Positions 26,501-42,785 of a DNA stretch of 64,000 nucleotides are shown piece after piece (position 1 is the stretch's first letter; each line of letters opens with the position of its first letter). Below the pieces are notes generated by a model, which did not search any database, was not told where the DNA came from, and was given only the letters and a program-made list of their open reading frames with translations. This stretch comes from Enoplolaimus lenunculus (lineage: Eukaryota), in the NCBI GenBank assembly GCA_030248215.1, contig JASANG010002125.1:372001-436000 (forward strand), written 5' to 3'. The position numbers and the translations under genes were made by a program.

Positions 26501-26576
26501 TTTAAAATAACACCTCCGATGACGTGATATCAGCTGGTTTGCTAAATTAAAAGTACTAAAAGAAAACTGTAAAAAC

Positions 26577-29347
<2,771 letters not shown>

Positions 29348-30247
29348 CGCAGGCTTCAACTTAGGATGACAAATTGATTAGGATTTGATTTAGTCTACTA
29401 AATATAATATTATTTGTTTCTGTCTTTGTAATGAAATTAGTATATTATATTCTGTTTTGTCAGTTATATACAAAAGTGTTTTCGACGTAGCCAAGACACA
29501 AGGCCGTTTTGCGAAAATTTCAAGCATGTAAATGAATGGTAAATGTAACACAAGATGTGGAATTGTAGTGCATCTATTTAACTGCCCCTGTATTGGCGAT
29601 TTTCCTAACTATTTCTATCGTATGTGGTCAATTGTACAATGCTTCAAGCCAATTTGGTTTTTGCGTAAAATAGTTTTACGCGATGTCATACCGCAAGGTT
29701 ATTTGGAATTAAATATTTGTTGTGAGATCAATTTGACTGCATCTTATTGTAATTTAAATATAAATTTGGTGTTGTATCATATATTTTCCGTTCTAAAACA
29801 ACACGGTCGTTTCAAAAAATTATCAAAAAATCTACTTTACTTACACTGCATATATGGCAATATAATGGCTGCTTTTTACTCACTGCTCAACTAAGTTTTT
29901 GGTGTGACAGCAATGTGTTTAGTTGACGTCATCAAATTGAATAAAACGTATACTGAAGATTTTACAATGAGCAACTAGAAAAATAACTGGAGTGATCCGT
30001 AAGACATTTTATTGGACTGTGGTTCGGCGTAAAGGTCGCAGCTACGGCGTCGAAATTGTCTAGGCTTTTTTAAAAATCCTATCGAAGCTGAAATTCCTAG
30101 AAATTTAAAACTGCAAACTCACTGAACTGCTCAGCAAGTTAAAAACATATTCTTGGCTATTGAAGTATGTTGCATGTTACGGTTTAACCAGATTAGGACA
30201 CAAAAGCGCACCCAAAACAAAAAAAGGCCACCGCAACCAAAAAACCA

Positions 30248-30280
<33 letters not shown>

Positions 30281-30327
30281 CCCCCCCCCCACCCTTAAAT
30301 GCCGGTTTTGGCCTTCGACTGTGTTTA

Positions 30328-30642
30328 CCGGTGCAACCGGAGGTGGAAAATGTCTGAGCCGGAGGTCAACGAAACTTGCCGGAGGTGAGGCGAAACTAGG
30401 TAGTAATTTTTAGCCAATATCTGTAATATGTTGGTATGAGTTGTTTGATTTTGCGCTAATTTTCTGCGAAATTTTGGAAATTCATTCCTAAAAATTGTGA
30501 CAAAAATAAAACGAAACGCGCTAAACAGGTAAACTTTGCAAAATTTTACTACCGAAATTGCCTGAGCATCCGGCAAAAATTCTACTGGAGCCGGAGGCCG
30601 ACTTTCTGCCGGAGCCGGAGCCAGATCTCCGGTTGTACCCTG
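30328..30642 (-). mobile_element. hAT-like MITE, CTCCGG subfamily
   Basis: Reverse complement of 30722-31077; ends CCGGTTGTACCCTG. Confidence 0.8.
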
Positions 30643-30721
30643 AAAATTAGGTTTAAGTATTTGAAAAAATTGAGTATCGTGTTTAACAGTACTATATAGA
30701 AACACTTTAAAACCAACTGAG

Positions 30722-31077
30722 CAGAGTGCAACCAGAGGTCTGCCTCCGGTACCGGCTCCGGTAGAAAATCGGCCTCTGGCTCCGGTGGAATTTTTGCCGG
30801 AGGTTCCGGAAATTTCGGTAGTAAAACTTTGCATAGTTTTGCAAAAATTATCTGTTTGACGCGTTTTGTTTTGTTTCTGTCACAATTTTCACGAAAGAAT
30901 TTTGGAATTTTCGCAGAAAATTAGCGTAAAACCAAACAACTTAACAACATATTGCAGATAGTGGCTAAAATTAACTAATTAACCCTCATTTTTAGTACCT
31001 AATTTTTCCTCACCTCCGGCTTCGGCAAGTTTCGTTGACCTCGGGCTCCATTATTTTTCACCTCCGGTTGCACCCTG
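30722..31077 (+). mobile_element. hAT-like MITE, CTCCGG subfamily
   Basis: CAGAGTGCAACC...CCGGTTGCACCCTG with perfect TSD CAACTGAG. Confidence 0.88.
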
Positions 31078-31557
31078 CAACTGAGCCTCAATGAAATTTT
31101 CGGACATAAATTCTTGTTACTCTTTATGTTCTAGTGTTGTTGATTCTATCTAAAAACACCACCATACCTCTCGAACATTATACTAATTAAAGGCTGAAGA
31201 AATATGTGGCGTATTTTAGAGTTATTCCAATCATTTTGTTGTATGCCGTAATGCAAGCATAGCATCTTTGTCACCTGAAATTGACAGCTGAAGGTTTCAG
31301 TTACACGTGTTTTGTTTATTTTGTATCAAATTCGGCGAGAGAATACCCTAAATGCGGGAGCCGTTTTTATAAGTTGGCCTAATTTCAAATATAGTTTGCC
31401 TACGACGGTTTATGTAATACCCTCAGTAAAGAAATCGTATCGGATTTAAAACGGTAGTTATAAGTACGCTATTTGCTTTTCAATCTTTCAAATGGTTGTT
31501 CGTAAGCGGCCAATTCTGAAAGAAATTGGCTTTGACAGCAAAACGCTATGGAGCAGG

Positions 31558-31883
31558 CAGGGTACAACCGGAGGTCTGCCTCCGGCTTGGGCAGAAAATG
31601 GGCTTCCGGCTCCGGAAGAATTTTTGCCTGAGGTTCCTGAAATTTCGGTAGTAAAAATTTGCATTTTGCGATTCGTTTTACTTTTGCCACATTTTTCATG
31701 AAAGAATTTCCAAAATTTCGCAGAAAATTAGCGTAAAACCAAACAACTTAACAACATATTGCAGATATTGGCTAAAATTATCTAATTAACCATCATTTTT
31801 AGTACCTAATTTTGTTTCACCTCCGGCTCTGGCAAGTTTCGTTGACCTCTGGCTCCGGTATTTTTACCTCCGGTTGCATCCTG
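31558..31883 (+). mobile_element. hAT-like MITE, CTCCGG subfamily
   Basis: CAGGGTACAACCGG...CCGGTTGCATCCTG; TSD GGAGCAGG/GAAGCAGG. Confidence 0.85.
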
Positions 31884-33030
31884 GAAGCAGGGTGTTGGAA
31901 ACGGACACGAATAGTAATGAAAATATATAACGGAAACGCAAAACAGATGTTGAAGTATGTATAAAAGTTTCAAAAACGTTTTATGTTTCTGCCAACCAAC
32001 ACAATTGATATAAGTGTATATATTCATCAGTTTTACAAAAATTTTAAAAATGCCGGATACATCGAAATTTTTAAGATTTTAAATGAATTTCATAATTTAT
32101 ATTCGGTTTCAAAAGACAAAAATTGCAGCATATCTGCAACGAAAAATTGCGAAATATAGGAATATGTTTATTTATAACTAGCGTTGAACATAAAATTAGC
32201 AGAATTTCCGTTAAAGCTGAAGGACTATCCCGTAGACCAATTAAACAGTACCGGATTTCTACAAAGAATTGAAATTGACGTTAATTGATTGTAAAAGCTG
32301 AGACGAGATGGGGAATTTTGCCCGTTTTTGCGAATTTAGCTTCGTATGAATGCAGTTTTTCCCAAAAGTTCTATACAGCACCTGTGGGTGAAATATTTAA
32401 ATTATGAGTTTGTGTGTCGACGTGATGTAATGCGGAGCCATTTGTTATCAGCAGATGCCAGTTATGTAAATTGGTCTTGAAAATGGGCAACAACCGAGTT
32501 TATTGAAGGTCAGGAAATTTTGCAAAATTATGCAAAATTTTACTACCGAAACTGCCGGAACCTCCTGCAGAAATACTACCGGAGCCGGATGCCGATTTTC
32601 TGCCGAAGACGGAGGCAGCCTTCGGCTGTTCCCTGCTGCATGCCTTATATTTTTTTACTTATTTGCAACTGATTTCTTTTTCGCTCATATCAAAACAGGA
32701 CTAGCCAGCCGGTAGGATGCAGTGGTCCATTCAAAGATCAGGGGGCGGAGCGTTGTCCGGCTGGAGTGTAATGGAGTAAGTTTAACATTTAGATATATTT
32801 TTGCTTAGGCTTAGGTGTAAGCTCATTCTTACGCTTAGACGTAGGCTATCAAGAAATATGCTTCGCTACAGTTAACGAATTTCTTAGTGTTACAAAGTTT
32901 GCCGCTAGACTTTATATTGATTTATTCAAGTGAACTACGATTTCTACTTGGGTCACATAGTGTTTTGCCGCCTTTTATTCTAAAAACTCGTTTAAATCGC
33001 TATAGTTTTCGCAAGAATTACGGCCATGTA

Positions 33031-33329
33031 TATGTCGTAGGCCAATCTGCTATTCAGGCCAATTACTAATTGACCTAGGACAATCTGCTATTCGAAGCAA
33101 ATAGCGGTCTGGCCTAGGGCAAATAGCGATTGCGAGATTTCGCAAAACAACAGTAATGTAAGACCAACGCTAATTGGTTGACGGTATTGTGTTTGTCCAA
33201 ACAATGAAATCTGATTTGTCTATAACTTCAATAGCAGTTTAGCTCAAGCTAAATTGCTATTACATAAAATAGCAGATTGGACTAGGAAAATTAGTAATTG
33301 GCCTGAATAGCAGATTCGCTTACGACATA
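33031..33329. mobile_element. TA-flanked MITE with long TIR (TATGTCGTAGGCCAATCTGCTATTCAGGCC)
   Basis: About 45-bp TIRs; degenerate relative at about 6060-6392. Confidence 0.7.
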
Positions 33330-34628
33330 TATGCTATAAATTTTGCTACAGCTATGAAACTGTAAGTAATTTTTCATACCATATGATACCAGTTTGCTTG
33401 CTATCAACAAAATATATTGCTTCTCAATTTTCTTTTTTTTTCAATAAGATTTATTTTTTGTGCGGCAAAACGCAAAAGTTTCCGTTCATTTTGCACAAAA
33501 TATAAAATCACGCGAAAAAGATTTTGCCGTCCTGGCCCATATGTGCAAAGAGAGGAATTCCGGGTATATTATATCCGCTTCGAAAATTTCTGGAAAGACA
33601 AGAAAAAAGCACTTTCAACAGGGTTAAGAAATGCTTTATGGATACTGCAACGATCACAATTTCTTGCGTTTCCATGAGGTTATGCGTTCGCGGACTCAAA
33701 TTCTGGTCACTCCGGTGACGATGTTTTGCCTTAAACATCATTTGATTTCGATATCTGTTTCGTGCCAGGAAGGCTTTATATTTTTCACACCGCCACGATA
33801 TAAACAACACAACTGTGCTGCACAGGGTTCGCGTAAACTTTTCACAAAGGCCACACGACTTCTATACTGTGAGGCGTAGTACGACTATCTTCTATTATAG
33901 AAGTCAAGCACAGAGTTTGCAGCATTCTAGACTGATCTGAGACGTCCTTGTGTGAATAGAAAGCGATTGAGTGAAACTAGAAAGAGATACAGATTAGATT
34001 CTGGGTGTTTGTCGGCGTATTTTCATCGAGACATATTTATGATCATTTACCCCTTGCTTAAATTAAGGGTCTTTAGTAGGTTTGCTCCATAGCGGAGCGA
34101 TATGGTTTTACAGCTGAGTGCGGGTGGTACATTGTTCTGTATGGAATTTTTAAATAATTAAGCGTTTTTGCGATCACAGTTAAAATTCGACAATGTTTTG
34201 AATTTAAAAATTTTTTATTTTGCATCAAATTAAAAACAACTTAAACAGAGATCGAGGCAGACCGGTAGCCAGTTCACCTTGCTAGAGGGGGCTAAAAAAT
34301 TATCTCTAGGTGCATGTAAGTCTCAGATGAAATAGAAAATATTCATGTGATAAAGGGCTAAATCGCGGATTGGCGAAAGTTCTATTGAACTGTATACAAC
34401 AAATACCTAACTAAATGCTTCTTACAAGCAAGGTTGAAAATTTTCTAGGCGGATTTTTCCAGGGGAGGCTAAGCCCTCCTCTGAGCCCTCCCCTTGACTA
34501 CGGACCGGGTAGAGTCCTTATTTTCAGGATACAATTGAATTCGGTAGAACCAACGGTTCTTAAAGCAGAATGACCTCCTGTGGGAATTATTTTTTCCAAA
34601 TGGGGATTATATATTGCAATGTTACTGT

Positions 34629-34805
34629 CAGTGGCGGATCCATAATCTCAAAATGAGGGGGGGGGGGCAAAATTTCACAGGTAATAAACTTATTTTTGAC
34701 CCACACACAAACCACGAACTATTGTCACAAATTTGCTATATAATTTTTGTCGAGATGCTGTTGGGGGGGCCACGGCCGGGGTGGCCCCACATGGATCCGC
34801 CATTG
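34629..34805 (+). mobile_element. hAT-like MITE (CAGTGGCGGATCC TIR)
   Basis: CAGTGGCGGATCC...GGATCCGCCATTG with perfect TSD GTTACTGT. Confidence 0.88.
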
Positions 34806-35544
34806 GTTACTGTTTTTAAGATTTCAATTGAAGGCTTATACACATATGTAAGCTAAGCTGTTGCTTAATTTTGCTATTTCATTAATTTTGGCTATAATAA
34901 GGAAGCGTTATATATGCAGTACAGTTGTTGTGCTGCGTCGACCAGTGCCGGAGGACCACAATTGAAAAATTTTCATTCAAACGTGAAACTCTAACCAGGA
35001 TGCCAACAAAAGTTCGGATTCGACTAAAATTTGCGGTTCCGATTCGAATTCAATAATCTAACAGCTGAATCCAACAACGTTCGACAATGTGTTTTCCCTT
35101 TTTAAGCAATAAACATTTAAAATAACTTATTATATAAATCAGTATTTGTATTTTCGGTTCGGATTCGGATTCAGTTGTGAAAAGCCTAATCTAAAAGACG
35201 AATCCAACAATGTTTGACAATGTTTTTATTTTATTTTTAAGCAATAAACATTTAAAATAACTTATTATATAAATCAATATTTGTTTCAGGTCACAAATCT
35301 CAGAACTAGGTCGGCCACGAAATATTATAAACGTTTAAAAGTTATGCGGCTGGCATTGAGTTGATATTCTGATACAAATTATACATATATCTGAAATTTG
35401 CAACATGCAAAATTCGGACTTGGTAAATTAGCAATGCATTCGATTTCGGTCAAATAGTGGATACTGTGCTACCCTGGCTGCACCTGAATAAAAGTGGATA
35501 GGGTCAACTGAATATTTCTGATAAGGTGTGGTTAACGATTACTA

Positions 35545-35795
35545 CACTGCAAAAATAATGGTGAGTCAAATTGACTCTCTCCGAAATATTCTCTACCGAA
35601 CTACGCAAACTGAATCAAATTCCACTCCGCCAGAGTCAAACGTGCGACTCGGTGAGTCGAATTTGACTCTGGCGCAGTCGAGTTTGACTCAGTGACTCGA
35701 ATTTGACTCTGGAGATGGCGAATTTGACTCAGACTGTGTAGTCCCGTAGAGCCTATTTGGGAGAGAGTCAATTTGACTCACCATTTTTTGTAGTA
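35545..35795. mobile_element. Palindromic CACTG-ended MITE
   Basis: Same family as 10360-10578 with extra internal GAATTTGACTC subrepeats. Confidence 0.8.
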
Positions 35796-36409
35796 AAGTA
35801 ATGTTAAACGTGATCTACCACACTTTTCGTGGTCGGATTGAATTTTAATATATTACGAACGGCGCATAAGTCGACATTTTGCGTCATGAATTGTTGACGA
35901 ACCCTTCAGGCTATGAAACAGCTCTAATCGGTAAACTCAATATATTTTATTACTCTTTAGCCGTTTGAAAATGCTGATTTTGGTTTTCAAATTAGTTTTA
36001 CAGTATTTTCCATTTAAATTCTTCGCAAGGCAAACGGTTTTGAGTTTTCAATTCGAGCCGTTGGGCTTGAGGTCAAGTATACATCCGTTTATTGAAACGA
36101 ACCAAATTGAAAAATTAGAATGATTTTCGTTGAAACTAAATTTTATTTTGTGCCCCTAAACATCGTCTAAGTCGAATGAAGTTGTTCTTCGAAATGTTGT
36201 AGTAAGAATTGGTGCGTGTGTGTTTTGCTTTGCTGGGTATGAAAGTTTACAGCTAATTCTATTGATATATTGATAAACTACGAATGAGATAAATTGGTTG
36301 TGTTGCAATCAAAGTTTAATTGTAAGACTTTCAAGGTGAACATTGGATGTGAACTAGAATAATGAATGGTTGAACCGATTTGTACATGGTTGCAAAAGAT
36401 ATCATATTT

Positions 36410-36770
36410 CGGCTGATGTCAAGATCAGAGGCGGAACAGTTTGTCTGCGGGACTGCAATAGAGTACGTTACACTAGTTTTTGCTTAGGCTTAGGGAGCTA
36501 TAGTAAAGAACAGTGTCGGAACAGTATTATAAGCGTATTACTAAGCCTAAGGCTTAGCTTAAACCTGAGGCTTAGCCTAAGCCTAAACCGAGCAAAAAAA
36601 TTAGTCTAAAGCTTTAAACTTACTCTATTCTAGTCGTGCAGAAAAACATTCGGCCCCTGATCTCTACATGGGCCGGCTTAAGCATAGACTTAGGTATAAA
36701 AGCTCATTCTTCGGCTTAGACTTAGGCTTGGGAATCTGCTTATACTACTGTTACGACCCTGTTGTTGGTA
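36410..36770. mobile_element. Nested, oppositely oriented TTAGGC-MITE copies
   Basis: A + copy starting GGCTGATGTCAAGATCAG is interrupted by a - copy ending CTACATGGGCC (about 36674). Both TTAGGC and GCCTAA runs are present. Confidence 0.65.
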
Positions 36771-37677
36771 TAATTTCTAACGAATATATTTTAATAGCAA
36801 GTAATGTTATCTCCACCTTATTTTAAGTAGTGCTTAATTTTAAAACCGCATCAAACGGACGTAGCCAAGATTTCAACTTTGATTTAGACATTGAAAATAA
36901 ACTTATTTTTAAATCTGTAATTTGATACTGTGACATCAAAGAAAACAGTCAAATGTGACGTTTTCAAGACAAGCTGTACCAGTCCATGTTTGTTGTGCGT
37001 AGTTGACATCAGTGATTTCAATTTAATTTTGTTGCTGTTCTCATACGATCCAGTTTCATGAAATTAATATTTTCGTGAAACTTTTTATTTGCTCTCAAAT
37101 TCTTTTTTTCGCCGACAGACGACAGTTCCAATTTCATTTCGGCTTTTAAATTTTATGTCAATCGCGATAAAACAAACGTGAAAACAACGGACGTTTTGGG
37201 CTTTTAATTTCCGGTTCCTGTTGCTGGTTCGAAGTACGATTTCATTAAGATTTTATGGCGTTTACAACGATTTTGACAGTGTTTAGCGAAGTGCTTATAG
37301 TCTATTGGTATATTGCGACGTCTTCGGGATAGCTTTTGGCAAAATGAGTTTATGGCTTTATAGAAGGATGAATTTGGAGGTATCCCGGGATCGATCCCCA
37401 GCAATTCTACCTTATTTGGCTTTCAACCGCTTAAAAGTATTGGAAAGGTTTGGCTGTTTGCTCGCTTGACTAGCTGAACGTAACTGTGCATAGGGGAAGT
37501 GGTGACCATTTGATAATGCGCGCCTTTGAACTCGCTTATACCCTACATCCAACCTCACAGTCTCCCATGAGAAAATTTTTGCTTAACCTTAGTTTTAGAA
37601 CACGGATTTTTTTGGTAACAGAGACGAACAGCTCTGTTGGAGTAAAACAGCTAGATTGAGAAGAACCGCAAGTATTC

Positions 37678-37897
37678 TTGTTTGTTTGTTTGTTTGTTTG
37701 TTTGCTTGTTTGTTTGTTAGTTTGTTTGTTTGTTTGTTGGTTTGTTTGTGAGTTAGTTAGTTCGTTTGTTTGTTAGTTTGTTTGTTAGTTAGTTCGTTTG
37801 TTCGTTTGTTTGTTTGTTAGTTTGTTTGTTTGTTTGTTTGTTTGTTTGTTTGTTTGTTTGTTTGTTTGTTTGTTTGTTTGTTTGTTTGTTTGTTTGT
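37678..37897. repeat. (GTTT)n microsatellite
   Basis: Direct observation. Confidence 0.95.
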
Positions 37898-38371
37898 ACT
37901 AAAGGTGTATTTAAATTTTTGACAGAGTATTTTGTAAACGTAATGCTATTTTTAGAAAACTTTTGCCTAAGTAGACAGAATTTCAATATTTTTTCGCATA
38001 CGTAGTGATAACGATAAAAGTAAAGTTTAAATCAGTGAACTTCAAAGCTAAAATTGGCTGGTCTCGAATGAAATGATTGTATAATCGGTTGTTTTTCAGT
38101 TAAAACTGTCAATGCCAGATTCAAAACTATATACAGCGGTGGCGAATTATTCTATTTCTTGGCTGAAATTTTTACTAAGTTTTCAATTGTCAACTTTTAA
38201 GTCACTCGCTAAACTCGATTGCGAAGTAATTTACGGTAATGCCGACTGTCTGTTTCATGTAAACTTACCAATCTCAAATTGGAAACGGTAACTTTGTTAC
38301 GGTTTCAAATTTTGTAATTAACAAGGGCACCATACATTGTGAATACTGTCGCTGATAAAAAAATATGTATT

Positions 38372-39178
38372 TACCAGTCGTAGTGGTACTATATTTATTG
38401 AGCGAAGCTCGAACACACGTAAGCAATTACGGTAATATGCAAATTAGTTATTAGCTAACTATTCATTTATCGGTTTTGGAGGTTTGTAAGCAATTTGCTC
38501 AGGTTCCTCGCACCCAAAACCCTTCAGCCACCCTATAATTTTTGGAATAATTTAAAAAATCCTAATTTTGTCTCGTCAATTAAGCTAATATGCAAATTAA
38601 CTATTAGCTAACTATTCAATTATCGGTTTTGGATGTTTGTAAACTTTTATTCAAATTATTTGCACCTAAAAACCCTTTAGTGCTGAAATTATATTGTTTT
38701 TAACCTTAATAATTAGTGAAATATTGTAAAAAGTCCTAATTTAGGCTTATAACCTGGCTAATATGCAAATTATCTATTAGCTAACTGCTCAATTATCGAT
38801 TTTGGAGGTTTGTAAACAGTCTACGCAGATTCCTCGCACCCAAAAACCCTTTAATGCTAAAATTAGATCGCTTCTAACTGTAATAATTAGTGAAATATTG
38901 TGGAAACTACTAATTTAGGCTTAATTAATTATGCAATTTAGCCTGTAGCTAATAAACGGCTCCAAATTTTAAAACCCCAATGCGAGGTTAACACCCCAGG
39001 ATTATTGGCTTTCAAACAAAAAAAAGTTTATCAAAATCGGTTCAGCCGTTCCTGAGATTCTTTTCGGACGGACAGACGGACAGACGGACGGACGGACATC
39101 CACCTTTCGACCCCCAAGTACAAAACATAAAACGCTTCGCGAAACTCCGAGCTTTGCTCGGAGTTTCGCTTCGCTCAA
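38372..39178 (-). mobile_element. Second HINE/DINE-1-like copy, inverted
   Basis: Reverse complement of 22731-23424 with a different number of internal repeat units. Confidence 0.65.
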
Positions 39179-39229
39179 AGAATCAACGGAATTTCGGTGG
39201 TGCATTTTGCACCATGCGGGACCTCAAGA

Positions 39230-39610
39230 GTTGCACATTCTTGTCACTGTCCACTATTGGTAGCACCAAGAGTGGATGATCACTCTTTATAACAAGAGTG
39301 TGCAACTGGGTACATTCTGTGTATTATAGAATGTACCCGGCACGCGTTGCATTTTTGACCTACCCCCCTTATTTGGGGGGGGGAACGTTGAGCCAATATT
39401 TTGAATTTTAGCTAAAGTCGCTCCGATTATATTTTAAATCCTATGTTTACTATGTAGATTAAGTGGTGACTACCCCCCAAATCAGGGGGTAGAGCAAAAA
39501 TGCAACGCGTGCTCGTACACTTTGCGCCATGCACAGCCCAAGCAGTTGCACACTCTTCTGCAAGGTGGACACCATCCACTCTTGGTAGCACCTATCACCA
39601 GTTGGTGACA
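39230..39610. repeat. Dispersed AACAAGAGTG / GCATTTTTGGCCTACCCC repeat family
   Basis: Near-identical stretch at about 52514-52615 and older copies at about 2198-2825. Confidence 0.6.
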
Positions 39611-40399
39611 GGTCTTGTAACTGTTGAACCAGTGAATGATGAGGCTCAAAGTTTAGCACATTTTCGCATATAATTTGCTCTACTCCTGTACCAATTTTGA
39701 GTTCAACAATTGCAATAGTGAGTTTGAAAGCTCAGTACTAACTGATGACAGTTGCTATACACATTTGAGAATACGAAGCCATGCTTTTTCGTAAACTTCG
39801 ACTTACGCATACTGAAATTTCACTAATTATTATTAAAAATATGCAAGGCACTTTTCGGAATATATATACTTACTTTCATCGCTATAGTTTCGATTGTATT
39901 AGGTTGTGCTAAAATATTAATCAAAAGTTTTCACGGCGAAAACACCGAAATTGGCAAAACGCATTTGACGAAATCAAAACAACGATTGTTTTGTATATAA
40001 GGTTCGGTCGATTTTGTTTTCGTAGAGTTTTCACGCATAAACCTTTGCCTATATCAAAGCCAATATATACGAACACCTTATGATTATTAATGCTAATAAA
40101 GGTATTGCAATACTATAGCACACGAACGCAGTTTTGCAAGGGCTCGTACAGGAGGAATGACTTGTTTTCTAGTTTATTCTAACGTCTGTTGGAGAAAAGT
40201 AGATTCTTAAGGTTTCAAATAAGGTTTGATTCCGCTACAGATGAACTTTGAATGCCCTGGCTTTGCTCTAAAATATTGAAGCCCTCCTGAACAATCTTGA
40301 ATACGTCATTATAGGTTGTAACGCCTATGATTTCGGATTGTGTCTTTTATTATTCTGTTTCATATAGCGGTGTTACTCTCTGTTCTATATATTAATGTA

Positions 40400-40820
40400 G
40401 TGTAGTGACCCGAATAAGAGGGAGTAATAAGAGGGGGGTTTCATTTTAAGTCTCAATCAATAGGAGTCCGTATATTTAATAAGTATCCGTAAGCGGATAG
40501 AGCCTTTTAACCATAATAAGAGTCCATAAATGTCAATTCACCCTAATTGTAGTGCATAAATGACTCCAGGATCAAATAAAGTTGAGTTAAAACTTTAAAG
40601 CGTGCTTCAGTTTTGAAAGTAATTCTTAACTATAACCGTGCATTATAGCTCAAGCTTTTGATGCAAGACAAACGTCTAATTCAACGGATAGTTGTAAGAC
40701 TGGATATAAAAACAACGAGGGGTGGCAGGGAATGAGTTAAAAATAGCCGAATAGCAAGGGGGAACCCTACTGAGAGGCCAGATAAATATCTCAGTCCCCT
40801 TCTTATTCGGGTCACTATAG
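40400..40820. mobile_element. TIR element, inverted relative of 13578-13963
   Basis: TGTAGTGACCCGAATAAGA...TCTTATTCGGGTCACTATAG; interior matches the reverse complement of the 13578 copy. Confidence 0.75.
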
Positions 40821-42559
40821 AATGTCGTGTCTGTATTTTGTAGGCTGTTTGAAAAAGTCACAGCCTACATCAGGTTCATTGTTGGCACAGATTTTGAAAA
40901 GTTTACTGAAAGATTTGTGCTAACGGCGCATATTATCAAAATAACAAGAACGAAGAAAGAAAATTAAAGTATAAAAAGGCTTCAAAGTTGTTTTCTTTTT
41001 CTACAAATACTGTCGAGTGATGCAATGAAAATATCTCTGGGTTTTTTGAAGTTTCATCATCAACTGGCGATATATGCTACACACTTTTGAAAATAGAGAC
41101 CAGCATCCGAGACAGAGCCGAGCCTTTGGTATGCTTAGCCGAGAGCTTTTTTCATATAATCAGCAGAAGTTCCCGATTTGCTCCACAGAGGCCCTGCGAA
41201 TTATAAGTTACGTTCTGATATTTGAATGCCATCTAGTATCAAATTTGATTGAATTATCCGGCTATATCATTTTTTAGTATCCGGCGGAACCCTGAAAAGA
41301 ATTATATTTACAATAAAGCAGTGAATAAAAAAACTATTTTAGCATCTTTTCTTACATATATTTTGCTTCAGGAACAGAAACACATTCTTGCTGTGATAAC
41401 TGCGACGACAAATTTGAGCATCCGCATTTACTGGAAAATTTTGGATCAACGTCTGTCGCCCAGAATACTCTCTTATTATGTATTAAACTGAAGCTTTGAT
41501 AATAAAAATGACACTTTGTTAATAGCAGAAGAGCAGTCTTTATACTGAGATGCACTATTAAGTATTTTACTATGTTGACACATAAATTTATAGATATGAA
41601 TTTATATTTAAAATAAGTGAGATTAATTTAAAAACGTCTCATGAGTCGGCAGTCTGACTAGAATTAACTGTCTGTTTTGCTTTTAAAATGCTTGTTTTAA
41701 TTGTCAATATTGTCTTTGATTTTACGTTCTCTTACGACAGCAATTAGAACGCTATTCTCTATAGTGGCTCCTGAATGGTCTGACGCTGAGAGCGGCGATA
41801 CAAAATAGTGTAAAAAACTAGCATGTAAAACAAGCAAAAAGCCAAACGCAATTTTAATACTAAAATCTTAATACAACGGTTGGTGTTTTAACGCTCGTTC
41901 CGGACATCGCCTGGATTCCCCCGTTTAAACTATCGGTGACAATTTTTATTTCAAAAATTTAAATTTTTTTCCATAGTCACAAACAAAATATACCCGTCGT
42001 GTGGTGGCTCGAGGCAGTGCCTTGAAACTTTTTTGGTGCTCCTACAGAACCGATATGTAAATTGACAGAATTTGTCAAAACGGACACAAGGTTGTGTTTA
42101 CAGGAACGGGGTTGCACACGTTAACCGCAGGTATGTCAAGGCCACATATATACATACATACATATATATACATATATATATCTTGTACGTACAACACACA
42201 ATCGTTTTAATATGCGATGCCTAGCGGTGGGGTACAAGGAAGAGATGTGTTTTGCAAGACAGCTTACGTAAAGGCATTTAATTGTGGCTCCCAAAACAAA
42301 ATAACTGAGGTTCTGTATTTTGCCAAAAAGTTTCAGCGCAGTGTGCCCTGGCTAAAGGCAAAATTGGTTATGGTACAGTTTAACGCCACTGTGTATTGTA
42401 TTTGGCTTGCATTTATTATTTAATAATTTTTAACTAGGATCAAAATGCCCTTATACCTTTGTCGAGCATCGCCGCCCGTCACCGTGCAGTATCGGGTTGG
42501 AGTAGTTTAGCGTCCTATACCTTAGGGAGACCTGTGGAAAATAAAGTATATACACATTA

Positions 42560-42785
42560 CACTGTAAAAAATAGCGAGTCAAATTGACTCTCTGGGAAAT
42601 AGGCTTTTCCTCAGACTGCACAAACTGAGTCGAAATTCGACTCCGCCAGAGTCAAATTCGACTCACTGAGCGATTCAGTGAATCGAATTTGAGTGAGGTG
42701 GAGTCGAATTTTGAATCAGTTTGTGTAGTCTGAGGAAAAGCCTGTTTGCCAAAGAGTCAATTTGATTCCCCAATTTTTTGCAGTG
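42560..42785. mobile_element. Palindromic CACTG-ended MITE
   Basis: CACTGTAAAAAA...TTTTTTGCAGTG flanked by TA/TA. Confidence 0.85.

Noticed and set aside
30153..30834. Lys/Pro-run ORFs and 169-aa minus-strand ORF
   Set aside because: Derived from poly-A/poly-C runs and CTCCGG MITE sequence; no transposase motifs.
37789..38005. TNKQ and LFVC repeat ORFs
   Set aside because: Translation of a (GTTT)n microsatellite.
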